Below, one piece after another: positions 1 to 8,043 of a stretch of 62,826 nt of DNA (position 1 is its first letter; each line of letters starts with the position of its first letter). A program made the translations under genes and the position numbers. The notes under the pieces were generated by a model. That model was not told the origin of the DNA, ran no database searches, and saw only the letters and a program-made list of their open reading frames with translations. Source of the DNA: a bacterium (GTDB lineage: Bacteria > Actinomycetota > Acidimicrobiia > Spongiisociales > ZC4RG35); NCBI GenBank assembly GCA_024641285.1, contig JAHEDH010000002.1, positions 1 through 62,826 on the forward strand, given 5' to 3'.

Positions 1-394
1 TCAGACCGGTGAGCGGATCGGTCGTGGCAAGCGAACGCTCGCGCTCCATGCTTTCCCGAAGCCGTGTGATCAGGACACTCACGATCACGAAGAAGCCCAT
101 CCTGACGAGGGCATTCCACAGTGGGATGAGTGGCCGGGAGAAGATCTGGCCGTCGACCATCCCGACCCAATACCACAACGCCGCTCCCGCTGCCGAGGCC
201 GTGATTCCACCCGCCAGCCCACTTCTCCAGCTGAGCAATGCAATCGGTCCGAGGTAGAAGAGCGAGAAGGAGATCTCGCTACCAGTCATCAGATCCACCA
301 CTGCGACGAGGACCAGGGCAACAGCGGTGAGCGCCACGGCACTCGCCATGCTCTTGCCGGCGATGTTCGCGAGCCGACCGGACAACCAACGCAT
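1..394 (-). CDS. Diguanylate cyclase (GGDEF) family protein, N-terminal membrane part; 3' end lies outside the window
   Basis: Reverse-strand reading from the ATG at 394 gives MRWLSGRLANIAGKSMASAVALTAVALVLVAVVDL...FFVIVSVLITRLRESMERERSLATTDPLTGL. This is several TM helices followed by the D-x-LTGL motif that opens GGDEF domains. The ORF is open at the window edge, so it is absent from the ORF track. Confidence 0.55.
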   Translation of the reverse strand, partial: MRWLSGRLANIAGKSMASAVALTAVALVLVAVVDLMTGSEISFSLFYLGPIALLSWRSGLAGGITASAAGAALWYWVGMVDGQIFSRPLIPLWNALVRMGFFVIVSVLITRLRESMERERSLATTDPLTGL

Positions 395-514
395 CACGAT
401 TCATCGGTCGATCGAACCCGCGGTTGAGCCAGATCCCAAGAGGATCCGAACACCCCGCAGATTGCCTCCTCGCGCCTCTGGTCGACACGGGCCACGACGT
501 TCATCATCGAGGTC

Positions 515-1789
515 ATGGGAGACGAGCGAAACGCGCCTCTCGGCGACGAGGTGAACCCACGTGCTGTTTGGGCACGGCGCTACCAGTCTCGGGGCTGGTC
601 GGTGGTTCCGGTGCACTCGGTATCCCAAGGTGCGTGCACGTGCGAGTCCGCTCGATGCGAATCACCCGGCAAACACCCGTGTATCCGATGGCAATCGGCG
701 ATGGCGGCCGCTGCAGGCGCGGCGACGGTCGACGAGTGGTGGCGACAGTGGCCGGACGCCAACGTCGGCGTGGTGACGGGGCGTGTCTCCGGATTGGCAG
801 TGGTCGACATCGACCCCCGCAACGGAGGCGACGAAGCGCTCGGGGCACTCGAAGCGCAAAGCGGACTGCTGGCGGTGACGCCGGAGGTACGGACCGGAGG
901 CGGGGGCCGCCACTTGTGGTTCAGCACTGAGAGCGAGATCCCAACCGTCGTCTTGGCGGCAGGCGTCGACCTGAAAGCGGAAGGCGGCATGGTGGTGGCT
1001 CCGCCCAGCCTCCACGTCTCCGGAAGGCGATACGTGTGGCGCCCAGGGGGAGGGCCCGATGACCTCGACCTGGAGCCCCTGCCTCAATGGATCGCCGCAA
1101 TGGCCCAGGGTGGACTCCGAGACGCCCACGGCACCGGCGACGTGCGAACCCAACTGCCTGTGCGCACACCGGATGAGCGGGAGGACTTCGCCGATGCCTG
1201 GGAACGGGCCGGCATCGAGCTGTCACCCGGCGACCGCTACTACCTGTGTCCGTTCCACGACGACCACCATCCCTCCTTGCACGTCGACGCCGAAGGATGC
1301 CGCTGGTACTGCTTCGGATGTGGCGTCGGCGGCGGGATCGGAAGACTCCTCGGCATCCTCGGCGAACACGGCGAAACGCGCCCGCTGACGAAGCTCCGAA
1401 GGGGATCAGAGAGGGGGGTGACTGTGACCTTGAGCGGAGACCGCGAGGTCGACGTCGTCGGTGAATCTCGGCACCAGAACGAACTGCTCGAACTGACCGG
1501 CGGCAGACGTCGATACGGGGGCGTCGAGGTTGAGACCGTGGCCGAACTGGTGCCCGAACCCGAGAACCCGGCGGACCCGCATGCCGTAGCCGTTCACATC
1601 GACGGTCGCCACGTCGGGTACCTGAGCCGGGAGGACGTCGCCTCGCTGGCTCCGCTGATCGACGAGAGCAACGACCAGCAAGGCTTCTCGAGTTGTCGTG
1701 CGATCATCCGCGGTGGATGGGATCGGGGGAGGGGAGACGTCGGATGGTTCGGGGTCACCTTGTTGCTGCCGACGAGTCAATCGAGTTAA
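515..1789 (+). CDS. Bifunctional primase/polymerase (AEP Prim-Pol) fused to a DnaG-type CHC2 zinc finger and a C-terminal HIRAN domain
   Basis: Prim-Pol motifs: GWSVVPV, PGKHPCIRW, VGVVTG..LAVVDIDP, GGGRHLWF, VDLKAEGGMVVAPPS. CHC2 finger at aa 244-272: CPFHDDHHPSLHV..WYCFGCGVGG. HIRAN-like region at aa ~311-417: VVGESRHQ..EPENPADPHAVAV..GRHVGYLSRE. GAGG lies 4 nt upstream of the ATG. Confidence 0.8.
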   Translation: MGDERNAPLGDEVNPRAVWARRYQSRGWSVVPVHSVSQGACTCESARCESPGKHPCIRWQSAMAAAAGAATVDEWWRQWPDANVGVVTGRVSGLAVVDIDPRNGGDEALGALEAQSGLLAVTPEVRTGGGGRHLWFSTESEIPTVVLAAGVDLKAEGGMVVAPPSLHVSGRRYVWRPGGGPDDLDLEPLPQWIAAMAQGGLRDAHGTGDVRTQLPVRTPDEREDFADAWERAGIELSPGDRYYLCPFHDDHHPSLHVDAEGCRWYCFGCGVGGGIGRLLGILGEHGETRPLTKLRRGSERGVTVTLSGDREVDVVGESRHQNELLELTGGRRRYGGVEVETVAELVPEPENPADPHAVAVHIDGRHVGYLSREDVASLAPLIDESNDQQGFSSCRAIIRGGWDRGRGDVGWFGVTLLLPTSQSS

Positions 1790-1890
1790 GCGACGATCAA
1801 GCAGAAATCGAACCTGTCGATGATTCGATGCTGGCAAAGGGCTCGACAGGCCGGCTTGTCAGGAACCTGGTCTGGGCTTCCCGGCACACG

Positions 1891-1923
1891 ACGAGGGTGG
1901 AGCGCTCAGCGCTCCACCCTCGT
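1891..1923. terminator. Bidirectional intrinsic-terminator-like hairpin between convergent genes
   Basis: Perfect 15-bp inverted repeat acgagggtggagcgc / gcgctccaccctcgt around a 3-nt loop. It sits between the stop codons at 1789 (+) and 1939 (-). Confidence 0.6.
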
Positions 1924-1938
1924 GTCGTCCCCCCAGGT

Positions 1939-2427
1939 TCAGCGGCTGTTCTCCGGATACACCCCGTCGGCGTGTCCGACGAACACCGGGACGTAGACGA
2001 CCCCGTCGATCTGACGTGGGCCGATCACCAGCGGCGAGGACTCAACTGCGGGAAGGTCTCCGCCCGACTGGCCGACGTACTCGGGCACGTAGACGACTCC
2101 GTCGAGTTGGCGTGCGCCGATCACCAGTGGCGACGACTCGATCGCCGTGAGGTCACCACCCGAGGCGCCAACGAATTCGGGCACGACCACCACTCCGAAG
2201 TGCCTCGGTCCGAGTACCAGCGTGCTCTCGGCCTCGGGTTCTGTTCCTGGCGTCATGAGCAGCACCGCCGCCAGAGACACCAGGGCGACGAGCGCAATGC
2301 CCATGGCCCACTCGAACCAGCGGATGCGGCTCGGTTCCATCACCGGCGGCCGCTCGACCGCAACCGTCTCTCTCTCGAGGAGGTCTTCCGACCGCTCAGG
2401 AGCGACGGGCTCTCTCGTGAGTGTCAT
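1939..2427 (-). CDS. Single-pass membrane protein with tandem 32-aa extracytoplasmic repeats (unknown function)
   Basis: One TM helix (WAMGIALVALVSLAAVLLM). It is followed by GVVVVPEFVGASGGDLTAIESSPLVIGARQLD / GVVYVPEYVGQSGGDLPAVESSPLVIGPRQID / GVVYVPVFVGHADG. G/C-rich third codon positions. Confidence 0.65.
   Translation of the reverse strand: MTLTREPVAPERSEDLLERETVAVERPPVMEPSRIRWFEWAMGIALVALVSLAAVLLMTPGTEPEAESTLVLGPRHFGVVVVPEFVGASGGDLTAIESSPLVIGARQLDGVVYVPEYVGQSGGDLPAVESSPLVIGPRQIDGVVYVPVFVGHADGVYPENSR
1993..2184. repeat. Two tandem 96-nt repeat units (plus a partial third) inside CDS 1939-2427
   Basis: Units start at 1993 and 2089, both opening gtagacga...; the period is exactly 96 nt (32 codons). 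Confidence 0.8.
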
Positions 2428-2450
2428 GATCCGCTCCTTTCCGAAAGGTC

Positions 2451-2512
2451 ATGCCTTCACGTTGCCAAGGTCGCGCATCTCCCTGGCCAACTCCTTGCCG
2501 AGTGCTTGCAAT
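2451..2512. promoter_or_regulatory. Array of 11-nt-phased TGCC-core heptamers in the divergent promoter region (candidate SARP operator)
   Basis: aTGCCtt (2451), tTGCCaa (2462), tGGCCaa (2484), tTGCCga (2495), tTGCAat (2506). Starts are spaced 11, 22, 11 and 11 nt, and the slot at 2473 is degenerate. Confidence 0.4.
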
Positions 2513-2567
2513 GTGCTGACGAAGGCCTCTTGTCGGTGTCCGGTCGGCGGGAGACACTCAGAGGGAC

Positions 2568-3329
2568 GTGACAATCGACATCCGGATCCTCGGTCCGGTG
2601 GAACTGGCGATCGATGGAGAGCCGGTTCACATTGGTGGGGATCGACCGTTGACACTGCTCGCCGCACTCACCATCGACATCGGTCATGCCGTGCCGGTGG
2701 ACCGGCTGATCGTCGACGTCTGGGACGACGATCTCCCGGAAGCGGCGGAAGCAGACCTCCAGTCCCACATCTCGAGAATCCGGGGTGTGGTAGGAACAAC
2801 CAGTCTGCTGACCGGAGATCACAGCTACACGCTCGACCTGGCCCCCGAAGCAGTCGACGCGGTGAGATTCGAACGGCTCACCTTGGAGGCCGAGCGCCTC
2901 CTCCCGGAGGATGCCGAAGCCGCACTGGAGGCATGTGTCGAGGGGATGAGACTCTGGCGTGGGACGCCCTTCGGGAGCCTGGCGGACCTGCGCTTCCTGC
3001 AACCGGCAGCAGCGAGGCTGCTCGAATTGAGGAGCTCGGCGATCGAGATCAGATTGGAGGCCGATCTCGCGCTGGGGCGGCATGCGCGCGCCATCCCGAT
3101 GCTCGAGACGCTCGTGACCGAGTATCCCTACCGCGAGCGCCTCTGGTTCCTGCTCGCCGATGCGCTCGCCCGCGATGGACGCCGCGTGGAGGCGCTCCGC
3201 ACCCTGCGGAGGCTCGAACGGGCGCTGTCCGAGATCGGGCTGTCACCTAGTCGAGAGCTCCAGGAACTGGAGCAGCAGATCATCGACGAGGTACCTCCCC
3301 ACGTCGCCCGTCTGTCCCGTCACGGCTGA
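2568..3329 (+). CDS. Small SARP-family (AfsR/DnrI/RedD-type) transcriptional activator: OmpR-like wHTH plus BTAD
   Basis: IRILGPVELAIDGEPVHIGGDRPLTLLAALTI..VPVDRLIVDVWDDDLPE...LQSHISRIR, then a BTAD-like helical region (FERL..LWRGTPF..L....RLLELR..A.E.RLEADLALGRH...I..LE.LV.EYPYRERLW..L..AL...GR..EAL). Confidence 0.8.
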   Translation: MTIDIRILGPVELAIDGEPVHIGGDRPLTLLAALTIDIGHAVPVDRLIVDVWDDDLPEAAEADLQSHISRIRGVVGTTSLLTGDHSYTLDLAPEAVDAVRFERLTLEAERLLPEDAEAALEACVEGMRLWRGTPFGSLADLRFLQPAAARLLELRSSAIEIRLEADLALGRHARAIPMLETLVTEYPYRERLWFLLADALARDGRRVEALRTLRRLERALSEIGLSPSRELQELEQQIIDEVPPHVARLSRHG

Positions 3330-3449
3330 CCGGCCGGCTCCGGCGGAAACCCGCCGGCTCCCCTCTCGCAAACGATTGCAGATTGTGACCTCCGCCTCTT
3401 GTCGCAACGTCCGGGCCCGGGTCCGCTGGTGGGAGAAAGGAGGTGTCTG

Positions 3450-3953
3450 GTGGTATCGAGGCAAGACACTTCGTACAAGACCGGAGGATCCGGCTGGAGC
3501 TTCACGGAGTGGTTGTTCGGGATCGTAGGCGGCATCGCCGCCTTCCTCGGGCTGTTCATCATGTTCGGCAGCGAAGACGAATACGTCGGGCTCGGCGGGG
3601 ATCTGTCGTGGCGCGTCGGCGACATCTCGTCGGCGTGGATGTACGGCCTGGCGTTCGGGGGACTCGCGCTCCTGGCGATCGCCATCTTCATGGCGGTTGC
3701 CGGCCGCAATCGTCCGCGTGTCGAGTCGACACCGTTGAGCGACCTGGTCCTGCACGCCGGCGTGTTCATCGCAGTGAACGCCTTCGTGTGGATCCAGGAC
3801 TTCGCCATCGGAGGTGGGCTCGATTACGCCTACTGGCTGACGATTCCGTGGGCGATCGGACTCGCGATCCATGCCGGCGTCTACTTCTTCGGGCCGAAGC
3901 CCGCAGCAGCGCTCCCGGAGGAGACTGCGAAGAGGGAGCTGCAGCACCACTGA
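3450..3953 (+). CDS. Membrane protein with C-terminal 2TM domain
   Basis: A GTG start 6 nt after AAGGAGG (3437-3443) is preferred over the track start at 3399. Four TM helices; the C-terminal VFIAVNAFVWIQDF..GLDYAYWLTIPWAIGLAIHAGVYFF matches the 2TM-domain pattern. Confidence 0.65.
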   Translation: MVSRQDTSYKTGGSGWSFTEWLFGIVGGIAAFLGLFIMFGSEDEYVGLGGDLSWRVGDISSAWMYGLAFGGLALLAIAIFMAVAGRNRPRVESTPLSDLVLHAGVFIAVNAFVWIQDFAIGGGLDYAYWLTIPWAIGLAIHAGVYFFGPKPAAALPEETAKRELQHH

Positions 3954-4060
3954 GCCGCCGGCAAGCATCCGAAGGCAGACGCGATCGAGGCCCCCGGAGG
4001 AAGGGGGCCTCGAGTCGTGTCGGCTCGAATCGTGTCGATTCGAGCCTCGGTCGGGTCTCG

Positions 4061-4498
4061 TCAGGAGACGAGGCGGATGGTGAATGGATAGCGATACTGC
4101 TCGCCGTCGGCGCTCCGGATGGCCGCAACGATCACCAGGACGAACCAAGTGATGAACACCGCCGGCAGGGCGATGAGCCCGATGAGGAGAAGGACCGATA
4201 TCCCAGCGGCGACGGCGTAGATCAACATGCTGATGTTGAAGTTGAGCGCCTCTTTGGCCTGTGCCTCGACGTATGGATCGTCCTTCTTGGCGAGCCAGAC
4301 CACGAGCGGGCCGAGCAGCGACGGGATGCCGAGGAACATCACGAACGCCGAGAGGTGTGCGAACGTTGCCCAATTGCGGGAGTCGCTCGAGAGGATCTCG
4401 GATTGTTCGACCGCAGTGCTCGTGGCGGATGGCTGCTCATCGACGGAGTCGGTGGCTTCCAGCTTCTCGACTTCGGTGGCTTGTGGTTCGGTGGTCAT
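4061..4498 (-). CDS. DUF4870-family membrane protein
   Basis: NWATFAHLSAFVMFLGIPSLLGPLVVWLAKKDDPYVEAQAKEALNFNISMLIYA...AAIRSADGEQYRYPFTIRLV is the characteristic DUF4870 pattern. Confidence 0.75.
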   Translation of the reverse strand: MTTEPQATEVEKLEATDSVDEQPSATSTAVEQSEILSSDSRNWATFAHLSAFVMFLGIPSLLGPLVVWLAKKDDPYVEAQAKEALNFNISMLIYAVAAGISVLLLIGLIALPAVFITWFVLVIVAAIRSADGEQYRYPFTIRLVS

Positions 4499-4785
4499 GG
4501 TGTGCTCCTCGATGTGACCTGGATGGTGTGTACAGCCACATCATGGGCTCCAGCGGGGCCCCATTCCATTGGGGATGACCCCAACGCATCCCTGAGGCTC
4601 CGGGTCGCACTCGGGGTCGCTCTCGGGATGGGGCGGAGCGCGACCGAAGCAGGCCACCCCCGACGTGTCGTGCCGGGCGTGGCATCGCCGACTCACACCG
4701 CCGTCGCGATTCGATCGCCATCGGCGCACATGTCGCCGTGCGAACCCGGACGCGAGCGAGACCGGGGCTCGGGCCCGATCGACTC

Positions 4786-5067
4786 TCAGCCGACCTTTTC
4801 GCGCTGCTTCTCCTTCACGTACGCCTTGGTGACCTTGTTCTCACCGTAGAACGCATAGATGGCGTGGCCCGCCAGTCCGAGACCCCATGGGAGGATCACC
4901 CAGTAGGCGAAGTCCATCCCCAGGAAGCCGGCATTCGCGCCTCCGGCGAGGTCGATGATGAGCAACAACGCTGCGACGAAGACGAACACCATCAGGTGGT
5001 AGTAGAAGTCACGAACGTGCTTGACATGCGTTTCTGCACGCTTCAGCGCGGCGTCCTTCTGTGTCAT
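4786..5067 (-). CDS. Small 2TM-domain membrane protein
   Basis: FYYHLMVFVFVAALLLIIDL...FAYWVILPWGLGLAGHAIYAF. GAGGAGGG RBS upstream of the ATG. Confidence 0.7.
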   Translation of the reverse strand: MTQKDAALKRAETHVKHVRDFYYHLMVFVFVAALLLIIDLAGGANAGFLGMDFAYWVILPWGLGLAGHAIYAFYGENKVTKAYVKEKQREKVG

Positions 5068-5156
5068 TGCGCCCTCCTCTCGGGTCGGGTCTCATTGCAC
5101 CGGAAGCGGGCGACTGTCTCCAGTGACGAAAGCCCATTCCTCGTCGATGTCGTCGA

Positions 5157-6428
5157 TCAGAACACGAACGCCAGCGTGAGTGCTGCCCCAACAGCTGCGA
5201 TCGCCCCTGGCAGGATCGCCCTTCGGATGCCGGGTGACCCCGTCACCCAGACGATTCCGGCCTTCACCACGGTGTTGGCGGTCGCTGCCAGGACGATCGC
5301 ATTCGCCGCGATCTCGTGCTCGAGACCGCCGACTCCGCGGCTCAACTCGGCCATCGACAGCGTGATGGCATCGACGTCGGCCAGTCCGGACACGATGGCA
5401 CCGGCGTAGATCCCCGTCGACCCGAGCCAGTCTCCGAGGGCCTTGGAACCGATCAACACGATGCCGTACAGCAGGCCGAACTGAATCGCCGGCCTCAGGC
5501 GGAACGGGTTCGTGAAGCTCTCGCCGTCGGCTGCGTCCGCGCTCCGGTCGGACGTGTTCCGTAGATAGAGGCGCCAAGCCCATGCTGTCGCGACCAAGCC
5601 TCCGAACGTGATGGGCGCCCACACCGCCGGGAGCAATGAGAGATTGACCACTCCCACCTCGACGAGGATGCGTCCGAACATGATGACCCACGCGAGGAGG
5701 ACTCCCAGCCCGAGGAGGTTCGACAGCTTGTGATTCGAGCGACTGCGCTCCGACAACGTCATGGTGACCGCCGTCGAGGACACGAGCCCACCCAGAAGAC
5801 TGGTCAATCCGATCCCGCGCTTCGCGCCGACGAGATGAATGAGCACGTACCCGATGAACGACAGTCCCGAGATGAAGACGACCATCAGACCGACCTTGTA
5901 GGGGCTGACGGCGTCCCACGGGCTCGGGCCATAGGTCTCGTCGGGAAGCAATGGCAGCGCGAGGACGGCAATGACGGCGAACTTGAGCGTTGCGGACACG
6001 TCTTCGGTGCTGATGTTCGCCGACAGCCGGCGTGTGAACGGTTTGATCGCCAGCACGCTGGCGGTGAGCACGCCGATGGCAACCGCAGTCGGCGCCTCAC
6101 CGTACCCAGCGAGCGCACCGGCGCAGAAGACGATCAACGCGGCAATCTCGGTGGTCATTCCGATGTGGCCCTCGTTGGCCATTGACACGTAGCCGATCGC
6201 CAGGAAGACGATGATCCCGACTGCAAAGGTCGCGACCACCAGCGGGGTGTCGGCGAGCCGGGACAACATTGTCGACAGTGCTCCAACGAACGCGATCAGC
6301 GCGAATGTCCGGGCCCCGCCGAACAGATCCTCCTGGTCGCGTCGCTTGGCGTACTCGCGTTGGAGCCCGACCAGCAGGCCGAGGCCGAGGGCGACGCCGA
6401 ACGCGGTCATCGACTCGATGAAGTCCAC
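5157..6428 (-). CDS. MgtC/SapB-family membrane protein with DUF4010 extension
   Basis: N-terminus ..FGVALGLGLLVGLQREY..GGARTFALIAFVGALS and about 10 TM helices. The start is ambiguous: GTG at 6428 follows AGGAAG, and there is also an ATG at 6410. Confidence 0.7.
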   Translation of the reverse strand: MDFIESMTAFGVALGLGLLVGLQREYAKRRDQEDLFGGARTFALIAFVGALSTMLSRLADTPLVVATFAVGIIVFLAIGYVSMANEGHIGMTTEIAALIVFCAGALAGYGEAPTAVAIGVLTASVLAIKPFTRRLSANISTEDVSATLKFAVIAVLALPLLPDETYGPSPWDAVSPYKVGLMVVFISGLSFIGYVLIHLVGAKRGIGLTSLLGGLVSSTAVTMTLSERSRSNHKLSNLLGLGVLLAWVIMFGRILVEVGVVNLSLLPAVWAPITFGGLVATAWAWRLYLRNTSDRSADAADGESFTNPFRLRPAIQFGLLYGIVLIGSKALGDWLGSTGIYAGAIVSGLADVDAITLSMAELSRGVGGLEHEIAANAIVLAATANTVVKAGIVWVTGSPGIRRAILPGAIAAVGAALTLAFVF

Positions 6429-6524
6429 GTCTCTTCCTTTCGGACGACGGCACAGGCCCAGACGGACGTTCGGCACTGGCGAACACACCCGTCATCCCAC
6501 AGGGTTAGTGGAGAGGAGTGATTC

Positions 6525-6974
6525 ATGACAGGGCCAGAAATCACAGGAATCTCTGTCATCGTGTGTGGATTCGACGGTTCGCCCTCGTCCCGAGCCGCAG
6601 TCGAGTGGGCGGGTCTGCTCGCAGGTTGCTGTGACGCCGAGGTGATCGTTGTCGGCGTCCACGACTGGAATCCGATGGTGGGGGACTCGACCAACCAGGA
6701 GATGATCGACCAGCGGACAGCAGAGCTCGAGACGTACGGTACCGCGGCATTGCGGGAACTTGGCGTGCGATACCGAACGATCCACGAGACCGGTGACTCC
6801 CGGACCGTGCTGCTGGCGGTCTGCTATCTCCATCGTGCGGATCTCCTCGTCGTCGGCAGCAGAGGTCGGAGCCAACTCGCCGAGCTCATGCTCGGGAGCG
6901 TTGCCCACTTTCTGACCCATCACTCCGAGATCCCGGTGGTCGTGGTGCCGGACTCCGACCGGCTCCTCCGTTGA
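6525..6974 (+). CDS. Universal stress protein (UspA family)
   Basis: VIVCGFDGSPSSRAAVEWA...LLVVGSRGRSQLAELMLGSVAHFLTHHSEIPVVVV. Confidence 0.8.
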   Translation: MTGPEITGISVIVCGFDGSPSSRAAVEWAGLLAGCCDAEVIVVGVHDWNPMVGDSTNQEMIDQRTAELETYGTAALRELGVRYRTIHETGDSRTVLLAVCYLHRADLLVVGSRGRSQLAELMLGSVAHFLTHHSEIPVVVVPDSDRLLR

Positions 6975-7044
6975 CCCGGTGCACTCCGAGGTGTCAGACG
7001 ACTCTGTGCGAGCTTTCCACGGTGCCGGACGATCGGGGAGGGAC

Positions 7045-8043
7045 ATGACACCACCGAGAGATCAGCCGATGGCGACAACCGACCTCGAAACGCCGGTCGG
7101 CCCTGTCGATGCCCAGGTCTGCGTGGTCGCCCCATATCTCGCACTCAAGGTGATGATCGAGCGCGGTGAAGAGGGGAACGGCGGGGACATCCATCTCCAT
7201 CCCGCCGGTCAGGGCTTCTGGATCGCCCGGCTGCTTGCGCAGTTCCACTGTCGCGCCGTGCTCTGCGCGCCGACCGGGGGTGAGTCTGGTGCGATCCTCG
7301 AGACTCTCGTTCCGATGTGGGGTGTGGAACTCGCTTCGGTTCCCACCGACACCCCGACCGTCTGCACCATCGAGGACCGCCGGAGCGGCAGCGCGATCGA
7401 GATCGCCGGCGAGCGTCGGCTGTCGATGCGTCGCCACGACGTCGATCAGTTCTTCGATGAAGCGTTCGAGCTGGCACTTGCTTCGGACGTGACCGTGATC
7501 ACGGGCAGGTTCTCGGAGGAGTGCGTCCCACTCGCCTTCTACGAGCGGCTTGGCGAGGACCTTTGCGCGACCGGTGTCGTCACGGTCGGCGACCTCCACG
7601 GCCCTGAGCTGACGGCCTTCCTCCGGAATGGTCGGCTCTCCGTGCTCAAGGTCAGCGACCAGGACCTGATCAAGAACGGCGTGATCTCGGAACCGACCGA
7701 TGAAGCGGTGCTTCGTGGGATCGAAGAGCTTCCCTCCTCCAGGATCGGTTGGGTGGTCGTCTCCCAGGCGGAAGACGGGGCGATCGTATCCATCGATGGG
7801 AGGGTCTGTAAGGCGCAGCCCCCGATCCTGCGCGCCGTCGATCATCGGGGGTCCGGAGACTCGATGACGGCCGCGCTGACAGCGAGCCTGCTGAAGGGTT
7901 TGGACGGCGAATCAGCCGTCCGACTCGCATGTGCCGCAGGTGCGGCGAACGTCACGCGCCATGGTCTCGGGAGCGCATCGTCGGGGCTCATCGAGCAGCT
8001 CTCACGCCACGTGAGACTCGGACCGCTGGAGGTGCGGGTATGA
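7045..8043 (+). CDS. PfkB-family carbohydrate kinase (1-phosphofructokinase-like)
   Basis: HPAGQGFWIARL...GGESG... and the C-terminal GSGDSMTAALTASLL..AAGAANVTRHGLG ATP-binding motif. The ATG at 7045 follows GGGGAGGG. Confidence 0.7.
   Translation: MTPPRDQPMATTDLETPVGPVDAQVCVVAPYLALKVMIERGEEGNGGDIHLHPAGQGFWIARLLAQFHCRAVLCAPTGGESGAILETLVPMWGVELASVPTDTPTVCTIEDRRSGSAIEIAGERRLSMRRHDVDQFFDEAFELALASDVTVITGRFSEECVPLAFYERLGEDLCATGVVTVGDLHGPELTAFLRNGRLSVLKVSDQDLIKNGVISEPTDEAVLRGIEELPSSRIGWVVVSQAEDGAIVSIDGRVCKAQPPILRAVDHRGSGDSMTAALTASLLKGLDGESAVRLACAAGAANVTRHGLGSASSGLIEQLSRHVRLGPLEVRV

Noticed and set aside
412-427. TCGAACCCGCGGTTGA, a LexA-box-like sequence upstream of the Prim-Pol/HIRAN gene.
   Set aside because: The first half-site is perfect, but the second reads GGTTGA and lacks the critical GTTC core. 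It is too weak to call without a scoring matrix, and is noted only as something to test if the gene proves damage-inducible.
3366-3408. T(T/C)GCA-type heptamers (tcgcaaa, ttgcaga, tcgcaac) downstream of the SARP gene and upstream of the 2TM gene, considered as additional SARP sites.
   Set aside because: Their spacing (10 and 26 nt) is not phased at 11 nt, and the core differs from the 2451-2512 array. This is indistinguishable from chance by eye.
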